Assembly: GCA_015711955.1 (NCBI GenBank)
Contig: MU158684.1
Span: 11,815-75,814 of the forward strand
Origin: Actinomycetota bacterium
GTDB taxonomy: Bacteria; Actinomycetota; Geothermincolia; Geothermincolales; RBG-13-55-18
Reading direction: 5' to 3'
Length of the DNA stretch: 64,000 nt
Position numbers and translations under genes: made by a program. The notes under the pieces are model-generated. The model saw only the letters and a program-made list of their open reading frames with translations, ran no database searches and had not been told where the DNA came from. Shown one piece after another: positions 18,279 to 29,777 of the stretch (the stretch's first letter is position 1; each line of letters opens with the position of its first letter).

Positions 18279-19184
18279 ATGAAAGTGGAAAGGGGAAGTA
18301 TGAAAGGAAAGGAAGCTATTTCCATATACACAAAAGGGACGCGCCCGTCAACGCTCACTGCGCTTGTGGTACTCATGATCGGTCTCTCTCTGCTTTTGGT
18401 TTCCTGCGGGAATAGCTCCAGCGAGGGATTGCTCAGAAGGCAGCTTCCCGAGAACGCCACGCCGGAGAAGATCATGCTGGAGGCCCTGAAGGCCACCGAC
18501 GAGGCCAGGACCTTATCTTATTCCTTCCAGTACTCGCTGGTGATACCGCCTTACGGAGACAAGGCCTTCACCAGCGAGGTGAGGCTGGAGGGCGAGGGGC
18601 AATACGATGCCTTAAGCGGAAACGCCAAAATCCACGTCGGCTGGCCCGCCTTCGATACCGAGTTCGACTACGTGCTGTACGAGGGGAAGCCATATTTCAA
18701 ACCCAAGGACGGGCAGAAGTGGTACGAGATGCCCTCATCTACCCAGTTCACCTTTCCCAGCATCGCTGAGCTGACCCGGGATGCCGCCGAGTACATGAAA
18801 AACTTCCAGAAGATAACCAGAATGGCGGACGAAGCGGTGGGGGATAGGGAATGCTTTCATATCGCGCTGGTCCCCAACTTCGACGCCGTCTTGGAGAACG
18901 AGAGCTTCCTCAACGCGGTTTTCCCGGAGGGGACCTTGGACGAACAGGCCTTAAAGAGGCTTGCCGAGCTCAAGGAGAGGCTGCGCAGCGCCTCGATCAA
19001 TTACGAGTATTGGATCGACAAGGAATATCTGGTCTTGAGAAAGACCCATTACAGCGTGGAGCTAATGGAGCCGGGGGATGAGAAAAACCCTCCCTTCACC
19101 ATAAGGTTGGTCATGACCCTCTTCTTTCCCTCATACAACGTGGAGGTGAAGATCGAGAAGCCGCATCTCGTGGCCGCTTCTTGA
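18279..19184 (+). CDS. lipoprotein (lipobox LLVSC), possible LolA/LppX-like fold
   Basis: A signal peptide ends in LLLVS-C-GNSS. The fold assignment is a guess from composition only. Confidence 0.6.
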   Translation: MKVERGSMKGKEAISIYTKGTRPSTLTALVVLMIGLSLLLVSCGNSSSEGLLRRQLPENATPEKIMLEALKATDEARTLSYSFQYSLVIPPYGDKAFTSEVRLEGEGQYDALSGNAKIHVGWPAFDTEFDYVLYEGKPYFKPKDGQKWYEMPSSTQFTFPSIAELTRDAAEYMKNFQKITRMADEAVGDRECFHIALVPNFDAVLENESFLNAVFPEGTLDEQALKRLAELKERLRSASINYEYWIDKEYLVLRKTHYSVELMEPGDEKNPPFTIRLVMTLFFPSYNVEVKIEKPHLVAAS

Positions 19185-19214
19185 CGGCCTGCGGAGAGTA
19201 GAGGAGGAAAAGGA

Positions 19215-20057
19215 GTGGATCCCATGCAATACGCTGGAAAGCGGTGGGGCGAAAAAGCAAAAGCCGTGATGCTTGCTGCCGTTATCTTTCCCCTCGTTGC
19301 CTGTCTTGTGGCCGGGGGTTGTGGAGGCGAGAAGGCGGATCCCGTGGGAGCGTTTCAGATAGCCGCTTCCGCCCTGAGGGAAACCACCACCGTGCATGTC
19401 CAGGTGGAAGGGGAGCTCTCCCCCAGGGAAGGTGACAGGAGAAGCTCCTATCCGTTCCAAGGGGACCTTTGGATGGACGTGACCTCCAGATCCCTGGAGG
19501 CGAGAATGGTCCTTCTGGGCATGGAGCTGATGGCCCGTTACGTGAGAGGCGAGGCTTTCCTGCAATGGGGTGGAAAGTGGTTCTCGTTGCCCCAGGAGGG
19601 AAGCGGCGTACTGAGCCGGGAGAAACTCGGGGCGGCGGTGGAGGCGTTCTTCGCCTTGCCTCATTTGCTCTCCTGGGCGGAGGCCGAGCCGGCGGGGGAG
19701 GGCGAGGCGGGATCCTTCAAAGTTTACTACCTGGACCTGCGCATCGATTACCGGAAATTGGAGGAGAGGGAGGAGTTCCTGAACCTGGTGGAGGCGATGG
19801 GTAAAAGCCCGGCGGATTTGGTGATGATGCTCGAGGGCATGAACCCAAGGATTCGGGTGGGGGTCGAGAAGAAGGAGAAGGTCCTGCGGGAAGTGGACGT
19901 GGAGCTGGACATTGAAACGAAAGAACCGATAAGGGTGGGCGGTATGATCACCCTTCCCCCTAATCTGAGGTTTAAGATGAGGGGCTTCTTCCCCGAGTTC
20001 GGGATGGAAGTGAAGGTGGTACCTCCCTCGCAGGCGGAACCCTTCCGGGGCTTCTGA
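19215..20057 (+). CDS. lipoprotein (lipobox VAGGC), similar architecture to the upstream lipoprotein
   Basis: Signal peptide VMLAAVIFPLVACLVAGG-C-GGEK. Tandem with the previous lipoprotein gene. Confidence 0.6.
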   Translation: MDPMQYAGKRWGEKAKAVMLAAVIFPLVACLVAGGCGGEKADPVGAFQIAASALRETTTVHVQVEGELSPREGDRRSSYPFQGDLWMDVTSRSLEARMVLLGMELMARYVRGEAFLQWGGKWFSLPQEGSGVLSREKLGAAVEAFFALPHLLSWAEAEPAGEGEAGSFKVYYLDLRIDYRKLEEREEFLNLVEAMGKSPADLVMMLEGMNPRIRVGVEKKEKVLREVDVELDIETKEPIRVGGMITLPPNLRFKMRGFFPEFGMEVKVVPPSQAEPFRGF

Positions 20058-20086
20058 AGACTTCTGGTAGAATAGCGAAAAGATGC

Positions 20087-20113
20087 CCAGGGCTTGCCAT
20101 CGCCCTGGTTTTT
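20087..20113 (+). terminator. rho-independent terminator after the lipoprotein pair
   Basis: CCAGGGC - loop - GCCCTGG followed by TTTTT. Confidence 0.6.
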
Positions 20114-20191
20114 CGGTCGGAGGGAAGCCTGCGCCTCTGAGATGTCACTCGGGCAATTCGGCCTTTCCAGGATGAAAGGAGAGATCGGGTT

Positions 20192-21076
<885 letters not shown>

Positions 21077-23158
21077 ATGGCCGAGGACCTTCTTTTCGAG
21101 ATAGGGACGGAGGAGCTGCCTTGGGGAGCGGTCCAGGACGGGAGGGTCCAACTCCGCGAGAACGCCATGGCCATCCTGAATCGGGAGAGGTTGGAATATA
21201 ATTCCATGGAAATATATTCCACTCCCCGAAGGTTGACCTTGTACGTGAGGGGGCTTTCTGAAAGGCAGAGGGACGAGATCAAGGCCATAAAGGGCCCTTC
21301 CAAGAAAGCGGCATTCGACGAAGAAGGCAGGCCTACCCGAGCGGCCGAGGGTTTTGCCCGTTCCCGAGGGGTGAGGGTGGAGGACCTGGAGGTGCGCAGC
21401 ACCGAGAAGGGAGATTTCGTCTTCGCTGTGGTCAGGGAAGAGGGCAAGCCCACCCGCGAGGTGCTGCCCAGGCTGTTGGAGGAGATAATGCGCTCCTTCA
21501 ATTTCCGCAAATCCATGCGCTGGGGAGAGCGGGATTTCCGTTTCGCTCGGCCAGTGCGTTGGTTGGTGGCCCTTTACGGAGATCAGGTCCTGGACTTCGA
21601 GTTCGAGGGTATAAGGGCTGGGAACGTGACCAGGGGTCGCCGGTTCCACGGCCCCTCCCGCATAACCATAAAGAGGCCGGGTGATTACCTAGCGTCACTG
21701 CGAGAGGCGGGCATCCTCGCCGATCAGGAGGAGAGGAAAAAGGCCGTGAGGGAGGGCATGGAAAAGGCGGCATCCCAGGCGGGACTCGTTCCCGTGCCTG
21801 CCCCGGAGACCTTCGAAGAGGTGGTGGATCTGGTGGAAGCCCCCAGCGCGGTCTTGGGGGAGTTCGACAGGAAGTATCTAAGGCTCCCCAGAGAGGTCCT
21901 CTTTACCGCCATGCAGGAACACCAGAGATATTTCCCCACCCTGACCCAGGAAGGCCAGGTGGCTCCGGCTTTCGTCTTCGTTCACAACGGCGACCCGAGG
22001 TTCAACGAGGTGATAAAGGAGGGCAACGAGAGGGTTCTCAAGGCTAGGCTGGAAGATGCTTCCTTTTTCTTCCAGGAAGACAGGAAAAGGACCCTGGAGG
22101 AGCGGCTCGAAGATCTTAAGCAAGTGGTGTGGCAGGCAAGGCTCGGAACCCTCTACGAGAAGAGCCTTCGACTTTCCCGGCTGGCGGCCCACATAGCGGA
22201 TTTGGCTCACATGGGAAACGAGATCAGGGAAAAAGCCTCCCGCGCCGGGCTGCTATGCAAGGCCGACTTGGTCACCTCCATGGTGGTGGAGTTCCCCTCC
22301 CTCCAAGGCGTCATGGGGAGGATATACGCATTGGATAGCGGGGAGGACGAGGAAGTGGCCAAGGCTATCGAGGAACATTACCTGCCGAGGTGGTCGGGCG
22401 ACTGGCTTCCGGAGACCAGGGCCGGGGCCGTGTTGTCCCTGGCGGAAAAGTTCGACAACCTGGTGGGGTGTTTCTCCGTGGGCTTGACGCCCAGTGGGTC
22501 GGAGGATCCCTATGCCCTCCGCCGGCAGGCGGCGGGCGTCCTACAGGTCATCCGCCAGTCTGGCCTCCACTTGGACCTGGAGAAAGCCTTAGAAAGGGCC
22601 GCTGGCCTTCTGGGGTTGGAGAACCCCACGGCCGTCTTGGAACAGGTGGGCGATTTCCTACGGCAGAGATTTCGCCAACTCCTCATAGGGGAAGGGCATG
22701 ACTACGACCTGGTGGATGCGGTTCTCCCCTTCGCCTTGAAGGACGCGTTGGATGCGCAAGGAAGGCTCGAGGCCTTGGCGGAGGCGAGAAGGGAGGGTCG
22801 GCTGCAGAGGATCTACACCGGGTTCGAGAGGTGTTTCAACCTGTCCCGGCAGGGCTCGGAAAGGGCACTGGACGAGGGACTGCTGGTGGAGCCGGCGGAG
22901 AGGGAGCTGTACTCCCGCCTCACGTGGTCGCAAGAACCGCTCAGGCACTACCTGGACGAGTCCGAGTACTCGAAGGCCCTGGATGTACTCTTAGAACTGG
23001 CTCCCTACGTGGATCGCTTCTTCGCCGAGATATTCGTTATGGGTGATGATGAGGTGATGAAAGGGAACCGGTTGGCCCTCTTGCGGGAGGTGGTCTCCCT
23101 GTACCTTTGCTACGCCGATTTCTCCCGGGTGGTGACCGAAGGTAGAGGGTCGGCTTGA
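21077..23158 (+). CDS. glyS: glycine--tRNA ligase beta subunit
   Basis: LLFEIGTEELP..., a 693-aa ORF that starts one base after the glyQ stop. Confidence 0.95.
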   Translation: MAEDLLFEIGTEELPWGAVQDGRVQLRENAMAILNRERLEYNSMEIYSTPRRLTLYVRGLSERQRDEIKAIKGPSKKAAFDEEGRPTRAAEGFARSRGVRVEDLEVRSTEKGDFVFAVVREEGKPTREVLPRLLEEIMRSFNFRKSMRWGERDFRFARPVRWLVALYGDQVLDFEFEGIRAGNVTRGRRFHGPSRITIKRPGDYLASLREAGILADQEERKKAVREGMEKAASQAGLVPVPAPETFEEVVDLVEAPSAVLGEFDRKYLRLPREVLFTAMQEHQRYFPTLTQEGQVAPAFVFVHNGDPRFNEVIKEGNERVLKARLEDASFFFQEDRKRTLEERLEDLKQVVWQARLGTLYEKSLRLSRLAAHIADLAHMGNEIREKASRAGLLCKADLVTSMVVEFPSLQGVMGRIYALDSGEDEEVAKAIEEHYLPRWSGDWLPETRAGAVLSLAEKFDNLVGCFSVGLTPSGSEDPYALRRQAAGVLQVIRQSGLHLDLEKALERAAGLLGLENPTAVLEQVGDFLRQRFRQLLIGEGHDYDLVDAVLPFALKDALDAQGRLEALAEARREGRLQRIYTGFERCFNLSRQGSERALDEGLLVEPAERELYSRLTWSQEPLRHYLDESEYSKALDVLLELAPYVDRFFAEIFVMGDDEVMKGNRLALLREVVSLYLCYADFSRVVTEGRGSA

Positions 23159-23346
23159 GGGAGCTCGATGGAGATGTGAAGTCGAAACCCAAACCCGACA
23201 CTGGAAAAGGGTGTGTCGATGGCCGAGGGATGGGTAAATAAGAGATATGATCTTCCGGAGAAGGGCGGGAAAACGACACGCGTTTCTCGTTTCAGGAAGG
23301 GGATTACGTGGAAAAGGACCGGTGGTCTGTGGAAGGAGGAAGTCCT

Positions 23347-26001
23347 ATGGCTGTGAAGTACGTTTACGACTTCGACGAAGGAAACGCGGCCATGAAGGAT
23401 CTCCTGGGAGGCAAGGGTTCTAACCTGGCGGAGATGACCAGGCTGGGACTTCCCGTGCCCCCCGGATTCACCATCACCACCGAGGCCTGTCGCTTCTATT
23501 CCCGGGAGAGCAGGTATCCCGATGGGTTGGAGGAGGAGGTGAGGGAGCACCTCCGCCGCCTCGAGGAGAAGATGGGCAAGAAACTGGGCGACCCGAAAGA
23601 CCCTCTTCTGGTCTCCGTCCGTTCCGGGGCCAAGATCTCCATGCCCGGGATGATGGACACCGTGCTCAACTTGGGCCTCAACGACGAGTCGGTGCAGGGC
23701 CTGGCGGAGCAGACCGGCGACGAGAGGTTCGCCTACGACGCCTACCGTCGCTTCATCCAGATGTTCGCCGACATCGTGATGGGGGTTGACCGCTCGTTGT
23801 TCGAGCGAGAGATCGAGAGGAAAAAGGAGGAAAAGGGAATCAAGCTGGATGTGGAGCTTTCCGCCGATGACTGGAAGGACTTGGTGGATAGGTTCAAGGC
23901 CATAGTTAGGGAACATGCAGGCCGCGACTTCCCCTCTGACCCCTGGGAGCAGCTGGACCTGGCCATCAAAGCGGTCTTCCGTTCCTGGGACAACCCCCGG
24001 GCCAAGACCTACAGGAAGCAATACGACATTCCTGAGGACCTGGGGACGGCGGTGAACGTGCAGGCGATGGTCTTCGGGAACAAGGGCGACGAATCGGGCA
24101 CCGGCGTGTGCTTCACCCGTGACCCTTCCACCGGCGAGAAGCGGCCCTTCGGGGAATATCTGATCAACGCCCAGGGGGAGGACGTGGTGGCAGGTATCCG
24201 CACCCCCAAGCGCTTGGAGGAACTGGAAAAGGAGATGCCCGAGCTGTACCGGCAGCTCACGGAGATGATGGACAAGCTTGAGAGACACTATCGCGACATG
24301 CAGGACATAGAATTCACCATCGAGCAGGGCAAGCTCTACCTGCTCCAGACCAGGACCGGGAAGCGCACCGCGGCCGCAGCGCTGAAGATCGCAGTGGACA
24401 TGGTGGAAGAGGGCCTCATCAGCAAGGAGGAGGCGGTGGCCCGGGTACAGCCCGAACAGCTGGATCAGCTGCTTCATCCAAGGCTGGACCCCAACGCCGA
24501 GTACGACGTCATCGCCAAAGGACTGCCTGCTTCACCGGGAGCGGCGGTGGGAGAGGTGGTTTTCGACGCCGACACCGCCGAGGTGAGGGGCTCTCGTGGA
24601 GAGAAGGTCATCTTGGTGAGGTGGGAGACCACCCCCGACGACATCCACGGCATAATCAAAGCTCAGGGGGTGCTCACCAGCCACGGGGGCATGACCAGCC
24701 ACGCTGCGGTAGTGGCCCGGGGTATGGGGAAGCCCTGCGTTTGTGGGGCGGAAGCCATCAAGATCAACCAGGCCGAGAGGATATTCGAGGTGGATGGCCT
24801 GGTAGTGCGGGAAGGCGACGTCATCACCATAGACGGCACCTCCGGGAAGGTGATCCTGGGAGAGGTCAAGCTCATCGAGCCGCAGGTGGACGAGAACCTG
24901 GAGAAGATACTGGCCTGGGCCCATGAGATCCGCCGTCTGGACGTGAGGACCAACGCCGACACCCCAGAGGATGCCCGGCGTGCCCGGGATTTCGGCGCTC
25001 ACGGCATAGGCCTGTGCCGGATCGAGCACATGCTCATCGGGGAGGAGAGGCTGCCCATAGTTCGCCGGATGATCCTGGCGGAGACTCCCGAGGAGCGCAG
25101 ACAGGCTTTGGAGGAGCTGGAGCCCTACCTGAGGAAAGACTTCCGGGAGATCCTGGAGGCCATGGACGGCTATCCGGTGACCATAAGGCTGTTGGACCCC
25201 CCACTGCATGAGTTCCTGCCCCGGGAGTCGGACCTTCGTGTGGAATTGGTGGAGCTCAGGCATGTACCGGGAGACCGGGACGAGCTGGAAGCGAAGGAGA
25301 AACTGTACGCCCGGGTGAGGGCGGAGACGGAGGCCAACCCCATGCTGGGCTTGAGGGGCTGCCGACTGGGCGTGACCATGGAGGGGGTAACCGAGATGCA
25401 GGTGAGGGCCATTGTGGGAGCAGCCTGCGAGCTAAAAAAGGAAGGCAAGGATCCGCGGCCGGAGATCATGGTCCCCTTGGTGGCGTTCCGGAGGGAGCTG
25501 GAGATAGAAAAGGAGAAGATCCTCAAGGTCGCCCGGGAGGTCCAGGAGGATATGGGAGTTCAGGTGGAGTTCTCGGTGGGGACCATGATAGAGCTGCCCA
25601 GGGCGGCCCTCACCGCCGACGAGATAGCCGAGGTGGCGGAGTTCTTCTCCTTCGGCACCAACGACCTGACCCAGACCACCTTGGGGTTCAGCCGGGACGA
25701 CGCAGAGGCCAAATTCCTGCCGGCTTATCTTGACAAGGGAATACTCAAGGAGAACCCCTTCCAGACCCTGGACGTGGATGGGGTGGGGAAACTCGTCCGC
25801 ATGGCCTGTGAGCAGGGACGGAAATCAAATCCCTCCTTGAAGCTGGGCATATGCGGGGAGCACGGGGGTGACCCAAAGAGCATCCGTTTCTGTCACGATG
25901 TGGGGCTGGATTACGTGAGCTGCTCCCCCTTCCGGGTGCCGGTGGCCATACTGGCCGCCGCTCACGCGGCCCTGGGAGATGTGCAGGACGCCACCAAATG
26001 A
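23347..26001 (+). CDS. ppdK: pyruvate, phosphate dikinase
   Basis: MAVKYVYDFDEG...GGKGSNLAEM, phospho-His block GGMTSHAAVVARG, and a C-terminal PEP-utilising TIM-barrel block. The ATG at 23347 follows GGAAGGAGGA. Confidence 0.95.
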   Translation: MAVKYVYDFDEGNAAMKDLLGGKGSNLAEMTRLGLPVPPGFTITTEACRFYSRESRYPDGLEEEVREHLRRLEEKMGKKLGDPKDPLLVSVRSGAKISMPGMMDTVLNLGLNDESVQGLAEQTGDERFAYDAYRRFIQMFADIVMGVDRSLFEREIERKKEEKGIKLDVELSADDWKDLVDRFKAIVREHAGRDFPSDPWEQLDLAIKAVFRSWDNPRAKTYRKQYDIPEDLGTAVNVQAMVFGNKGDESGTGVCFTRDPSTGEKRPFGEYLINAQGEDVVAGIRTPKRLEELEKEMPELYRQLTEMMDKLERHYRDMQDIEFTIEQGKLYLLQTRTGKRTAAAALKIAVDMVEEGLISKEEAVARVQPEQLDQLLHPRLDPNAEYDVIAKGLPASPGAAVGEVVFDADTAEVRGSRGEKVILVRWETTPDDIHGIIKAQGVLTSHGGMTSHAAVVARGMGKPCVCGAEAIKINQAERIFEVDGLVVREGDVITIDGTSGKVILGEVKLIEPQVDENLEKILAWAHEIRRLDVRTNADTPEDARRARDFGAHGIGLCRIEHMLIGEERLPIVRRMILAETPEERRQALEELEPYLRKDFREILEAMDGYPVTIRLLDPPLHEFLPRESDLRVELVELRHVPGDRDELEAKEKLYARVRAETEANPMLGLRGCRLGVTMEGVTEMQVRAIVGAACELKKEGKDPRPEIMVPLVAFRRELEIEKEKILKVAREVQEDMGVQVEFSVGTMIELPRAALTADEIAEVAEFFSFGTNDLTQTTLGFSRDDAEAKFLPAYLDKGILKENPFQTLDVDGVGKLVRMACEQGRKSNPSLKLGICGEHGGDPKSIRFCHDVGLDYVSCSPFRVPVAILAAAHAALGDVQDATK

Positions 26002-26119
26002 TAACCGTGGATTGGCCGGGCTTTTCCGCCCGTACGATCTAGTGGGTATAGTGTCACCGGAGGAGGCTTTTGGAGCTCTCCTCCGGGTTTGTTGTTGTCC
26101 ACGAAGGGAGGTGATGGGC

Positions 26120-26716
26120 ATGTACATCTTGGCGGTGAACGGTAGTCCTCACGCCGACGGCAACACCGCCCGGTTGCTGCAGGAGGTGATCGAGGCCGCC
26201 AAGGAGGAGGGCGTGGAGGGAAGGACGCTTCAAGTGATGGAGGTGGTCAAGGGACAGGAGATGCCCTTCTGCGTGGCCTGCAGCAGCCCGTGTCGGGAGA
26301 TATGCCATGAGAAACATCCCGCCCTCGCGGAGGCCTGCCGGCTCTTGGAGGAGGCTTCGGCGGTGGTCCTGGGAAGTCCTGTTTATTTTGGCACCGTGAC
26401 TGCCCAATTGAAGGCGTTTTGGGATAAGACCCGGGCCATACGGTCTCGCCGCTCCCTGGTGGGCAAACCCGCAGGCGCAGTGGCGGTGGGCGCCTCTCGC
26501 TTTGGGGGTCAAGAAACCACCGTAAGGGCTCTCCACGATATGCTTTTGATCCAGGGGATGACGGTGGTGGGTGAGGGCACGGAGGACAGCGACGCCGGAC
26601 ACCAGGGAGTGTGCGCCCAGCGTCCCGCCGTCGAGGACTCCTATGCCCTGGAGAGGGCGAGGATATTGGGAAAGAGACTGGCCTTGGAGGTAAAACATAG
26701 GGGGGTAACGTCCTGA
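26120..26716 (+). CDS. iron-sulfur flavoprotein (ISF)/NADPH-dependent FMN reductase family
   Basis: MYILAVNGSPHADGNT flavodoxin-like start plus a compact Cys motif FCVACSSPCREIC. The start could be ATG 26114 or 26120; GGGAGG spacing favours 26120. Confidence 0.75.
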   Translation: MYILAVNGSPHADGNTARLLQEVIEAAKEEGVEGRTLQVMEVVKGQEMPFCVACSSPCREICHEKHPALAEACRLLEEASAVVLGSPVYFGTVTAQLKAFWDKTRAIRSRRSLVGKPAGAVAVGASRFGGQETTVRALHDMLLIQGMTVVGEGTEDSDAGHQGVCAQRPAVEDSYALERARILGKRLALEVKHRGVTS

Positions 26717-26718
26717 TC

Positions 26719-27723
26719 ATGGGCGTCCGGGAGGACATTGAGGAGCTGGAGGAGCGCTGGCTCTCGCCCTTTGCGGTGCGCAGCCGGGAGAGCAGGGGAA
26801 GGGTCAGACCGGAAGAACCGGATCCCCTGCGCACATGCTTCATGCGGGATCGGGATCGGATCATCCACAGCAAGGCCTTCCGCCGCCTGAAACACAAGAC
26901 CCAGGTGTTCCTCGCCCCCGAGGGAGACCATTACCGTACCCGACTGACCCATACTCTCGAGGTCAGCCAGATTTCCCGTACCATAGCCCGGGCGCTGCGT
27001 CTCAATGAGGATCTCACGGAGGCCATCGCCTTGGGGCACGACCTGGGCCACACTCCTTTCGGTCACATAGGGGAGGAGGCCTTCAAGGACCTGACCCCCA
27101 GGCCTTTTCGCCACAACGAGCAGAGCCTGCGGGTGGTGGACAGGCTGGAGTACGGGGGGAAGGGACTCAACCTCACCTGGGAGGTGAGGGACGGTATATT
27201 GCATCACACCGGTTCCAGTCCCCTTCCTTCCACCCTGGAGGGGAGGATCGTGAGGATAGCCGACCGGATCGCCTATGTCAATCACGACGTGGACGACGCC
27301 ATAAGAGCGGGCATCCTCACCGAAAAGGACCTGCCCCGTTCCACTGTGGAAGTTCTGGGCAGGCATCACAGCCAGAGGATCGACACCTTGGTGAGGGACA
27401 TCGTGAGGGAGAGCGCGGGCAAGCCAGACATCCTCATGAGCCCGGAGGTCGCCGCCGCCCTAAATGAACTGCGAGATTTCCTGTTCCAACGGGTTTACGT
27501 CGGTTCCGTGGCCAAGCAGGAGGAGGAAAAAGCGGTGATCGTGCTGAGGAGCCTCTTCTCCTATTATCTGGAACACCCGGAGGAGATGCCCGAGGAGTTC
27601 CGTAGGGGAGATGAGGAGCTCAGTGTGAGGGTCTGCGATTACGTGGCGGGGATGACCGATCGATATGCCCTGCGCAAATACCAGGAGATCTTCCTGCCCA
27701 AGGTCTGGGTGGGGGACCTCTGA
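26719..27723 (+). CDS. dgt: dGTP triphosphohydrolase-like HD-domain protein
   Basis: FMRDRDRIIHSKAFRRLKHKTQVF...RLTHTLEV...GHDLGHTPFGH...DRIAYVNHDVDD. Confidence 0.85.
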   Translation: MGVREDIEELEERWLSPFAVRSRESRGRVRPEEPDPLRTCFMRDRDRIIHSKAFRRLKHKTQVFLAPEGDHYRTRLTHTLEVSQISRTIARALRLNEDLTEAIALGHDLGHTPFGHIGEEAFKDLTPRPFRHNEQSLRVVDRLEYGGKGLNLTWEVRDGILHHTGSSPLPSTLEGRIVRIADRIAYVNHDVDDAIRAGILTEKDLPRSTVEVLGRHHSQRIDTLVRDIVRESAGKPDILMSPEVAAALNELRDFLFQRVYVGSVAKQEEEKAVIVLRSLFSYYLEHPEEMPEEFRRGDEELSVRVCDYVAGMTDRYALRKYQEIFLPKVWVGDL

Positions 27724-27894
27724 TGCCGCGCGGGCGGGTTCGCCGTCTGGGTCCGACTCGGTCCTCGGAGATCAGTAAACTTATGTCCTGCGGTGGTTTT
27801 CGAGTGCCGGGGCGTCCTTTTACCAGAATCACAGCGAGGGCCTGGTCGAAGACGCTGGCGCCTGTCGCGGTTCTCGAGGGGTGAGGGATCGGTA

Positions 27895-29718
27895 ATGGCA
27901 GGAGGAAGGATCAAAGAGGAGGATATAGACGCCCTGCGCGAGAGGGTGGATATAGTGGACGTGATCTCCGATTACGTCCAACTCAAGAAGGCGGGCAGGT
28001 TATTCAAGGGACTTTGCCCGTTCCATTCCGAGAAGACCCCTTCTTTCATGGTCGATCCCCAGAAGCAGCTTTACCACTGTTTCGGCTGCGGGGAGGGGGG
28101 AAACGTTTACACGTTCCTCATGAGGAAGGAGGGACTCGATTTTCGGGAGGCGGTGGAGAGGCTGGCCTCCCGAGTAGGTTTTCCTCTTCGGTACGAGGGT
28201 TCTCAGGCCAGCCGAAAGGAAGGGGAGCGGGAACGCCTGTTCCGGATCAACGAATGGGCGGCGGAGGTGTATCACCGGCTGCTCGTGGAGGACCCAGCCG
28301 GCGCCCCGGGGAGGGAATACCTGGAGCGGCGGGGGTTCGGGGAAGAGGCGGTGAAGGCCTTCCGGATCGGCTATTCCCCTCCCCAGTGGGATTTCCTCTA
28401 CCGCCGGGCCGTACAAAAGGGGTTCGGCGTGGCCGATTTCATCCGCTCCGGCCTGGGTGTGCGCAGCGAGAAGGGTGCTTACGACCGTTTCCGGGGCAGG
28501 CTGATCTTCCCCATCCTGGATCTGCAGGGCAGGGTGGTGGCCTTCGGAGGAAGGTTGGTGGGGGAGGGCCAGCCGAAATACCTCAACTCCCCAGAGACCC
28601 CTGTTTACGTGAAGTCCAGGCACCTTTACGGCCTTTTCCAGGCCAGGAGGGAGATTGTCCAGGCGGGATACGCCCTCCTGGTGGAGGGATACACCGACGT
28701 GATAGCCCTGTGGCAGGCGGGGATACGTAACGCGGTGGCCACCCTGGGCACGGCTCTGGGGGAGGAACATCTTAGGGTGCTCTCCCGATTCACCGAAAAG
28801 ATACTCTTGGCCTTTGACGCGGACTCGGCGGGACTGTCCGCCAGCTTGAGGGCTCTTCAGTTCGGTGACCAGTTCAACCTGGACCTCCGGGTGGTGGCCT
28901 TGGACCGAGGCACCGATCCCGCCGATTTCGTGGCTCAAAGAGGAGCGGAGGAGTTCCTGCGCAGGGCGAGGGAGAGCGAGCCCTTGATGGATTATTCGGT
29001 GCGCACCACGCTGGAGAGATTCGATCCCAGGGACACCAACGCCAGGAACCGGGGAGTGATGACCGCCCTCAGGCTGCTGGCCAGCTGGGGCAATCCTTTG
29101 ATGGTCGAGCCACAACTGAAGGCGGTGGCCGATTGGGCGGGACTGGATTACCGTGGCGTCTTTCAGTCTTATCTCGCCATGACGAAGGGCGGACGGGAGC
29201 AAGGGGTTCCGGCGAGACTCGTTGTCGACCCTCAGGTGCGGGTAGAGCGGGAACTTTTGAGCCTCATCTTCCATCATCCATACCTGCTGGAGAAGGCTTC
29301 CCTGGAGGTGGGGGAAGACCTGATCGCCGAGGTGGAGAATAGGGTCCTTTGGAGGGCCTTAGTGGAAGCGTACCACTCCGGTGCGTGGGGCGCGTCCGGT
29401 TCAGGGGACAGAGAAAGCCATTGCTCGGCGTTCTTGGACGAGTTGGAGGAAAGGCCGAGAAAACTAGCCACCAGTTTAATTTTTAGCGGAAGCGGGAAAT
29501 TTGATAGAATGGGGAAAGACGAGGCGAATTTGTTGTACAATGACATATTGGTTTCCCTGAAGGAATTCCACATCCAGCGTCTAATAAGAGAGAAGAGACG
29601 CGAGCTGGCACGCTTGGCAGCATCCCCGCACCGGGATCACGAGAAAGAACGAGAGATCAGCGAGGAGATATTCGCCCTTGAACGCTTGAGAAGGGAACTC
29701 CGTGCCCTCAGGGCTTAA
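27895..29718 (+). CDS. dnaG: DNA primase
   Basis: Zinc-finger block CPFHSEKTPSFMVDPQKQLYHCFGCGEGGN and a TOPRIM block (LVEGYTDVIAL...AFDADSAG). I chose the ATG at 27895. Confidence 0.9.
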   Translation: MAGGRIKEEDIDALRERVDIVDVISDYVQLKKAGRLFKGLCPFHSEKTPSFMVDPQKQLYHCFGCGEGGNVYTFLMRKEGLDFREAVERLASRVGFPLRYEGSQASRKEGERERLFRINEWAAEVYHRLLVEDPAGAPGREYLERRGFGEEAVKAFRIGYSPPQWDFLYRRAVQKGFGVADFIRSGLGVRSEKGAYDRFRGRLIFPILDLQGRVVAFGGRLVGEGQPKYLNSPETPVYVKSRHLYGLFQARREIVQAGYALLVEGYTDVIALWQAGIRNAVATLGTALGEEHLRVLSRFTEKILLAFDADSAGLSASLRALQFGDQFNLDLRVVALDRGTDPADFVAQRGAEEFLRRARESEPLMDYSVRTTLERFDPRDTNARNRGVMTALRLLASWGNPLMVEPQLKAVADWAGLDYRGVFQSYLAMTKGGREQGVPARLVVDPQVRVERELLSLIFHHPYLLEKASLEVGEDLIAEVENRVLWRALVEAYHSGAWGASGSGDRESHCSAFLDELEERPRKLATSLIFSGSGKFDRMGKDEANLLYNDILVSLKEFHIQRLIREKRRELARLAASPHRDHEKEREISEEIFALERLRRELRALRA

Positions 29719-29777
29719 AGCCTTAAAACCAAGCCATCGATTTAAACTGTGAAAATCTGCGTGAAGGTGATCGGAAG

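Noticed and set aside
20114-20191. Possible glycine T-box leader upstream of glyQ.
   Set aside because: Only about 78 nt lie between the upstream terminator and the glyQ ATG, too short for a T-box. I saw no specifier-loop or T-box (GGUGGNACCGCG-like) sequence.
23110-24477. Long antisense ORFs inside ppdK (23110..24477), dnaG (28000..29277), rpoD (29742..30929), carB (55575..56906), the NuoF-like gene (49861..50739) and others.
   Set aside because: Each lies opposite a gene with unmistakable conserved motifs. The translations are low-complexity (Arg/Gly/Pro/His-rich). They are stop-free shadow frames expected in GC-rich DNA.
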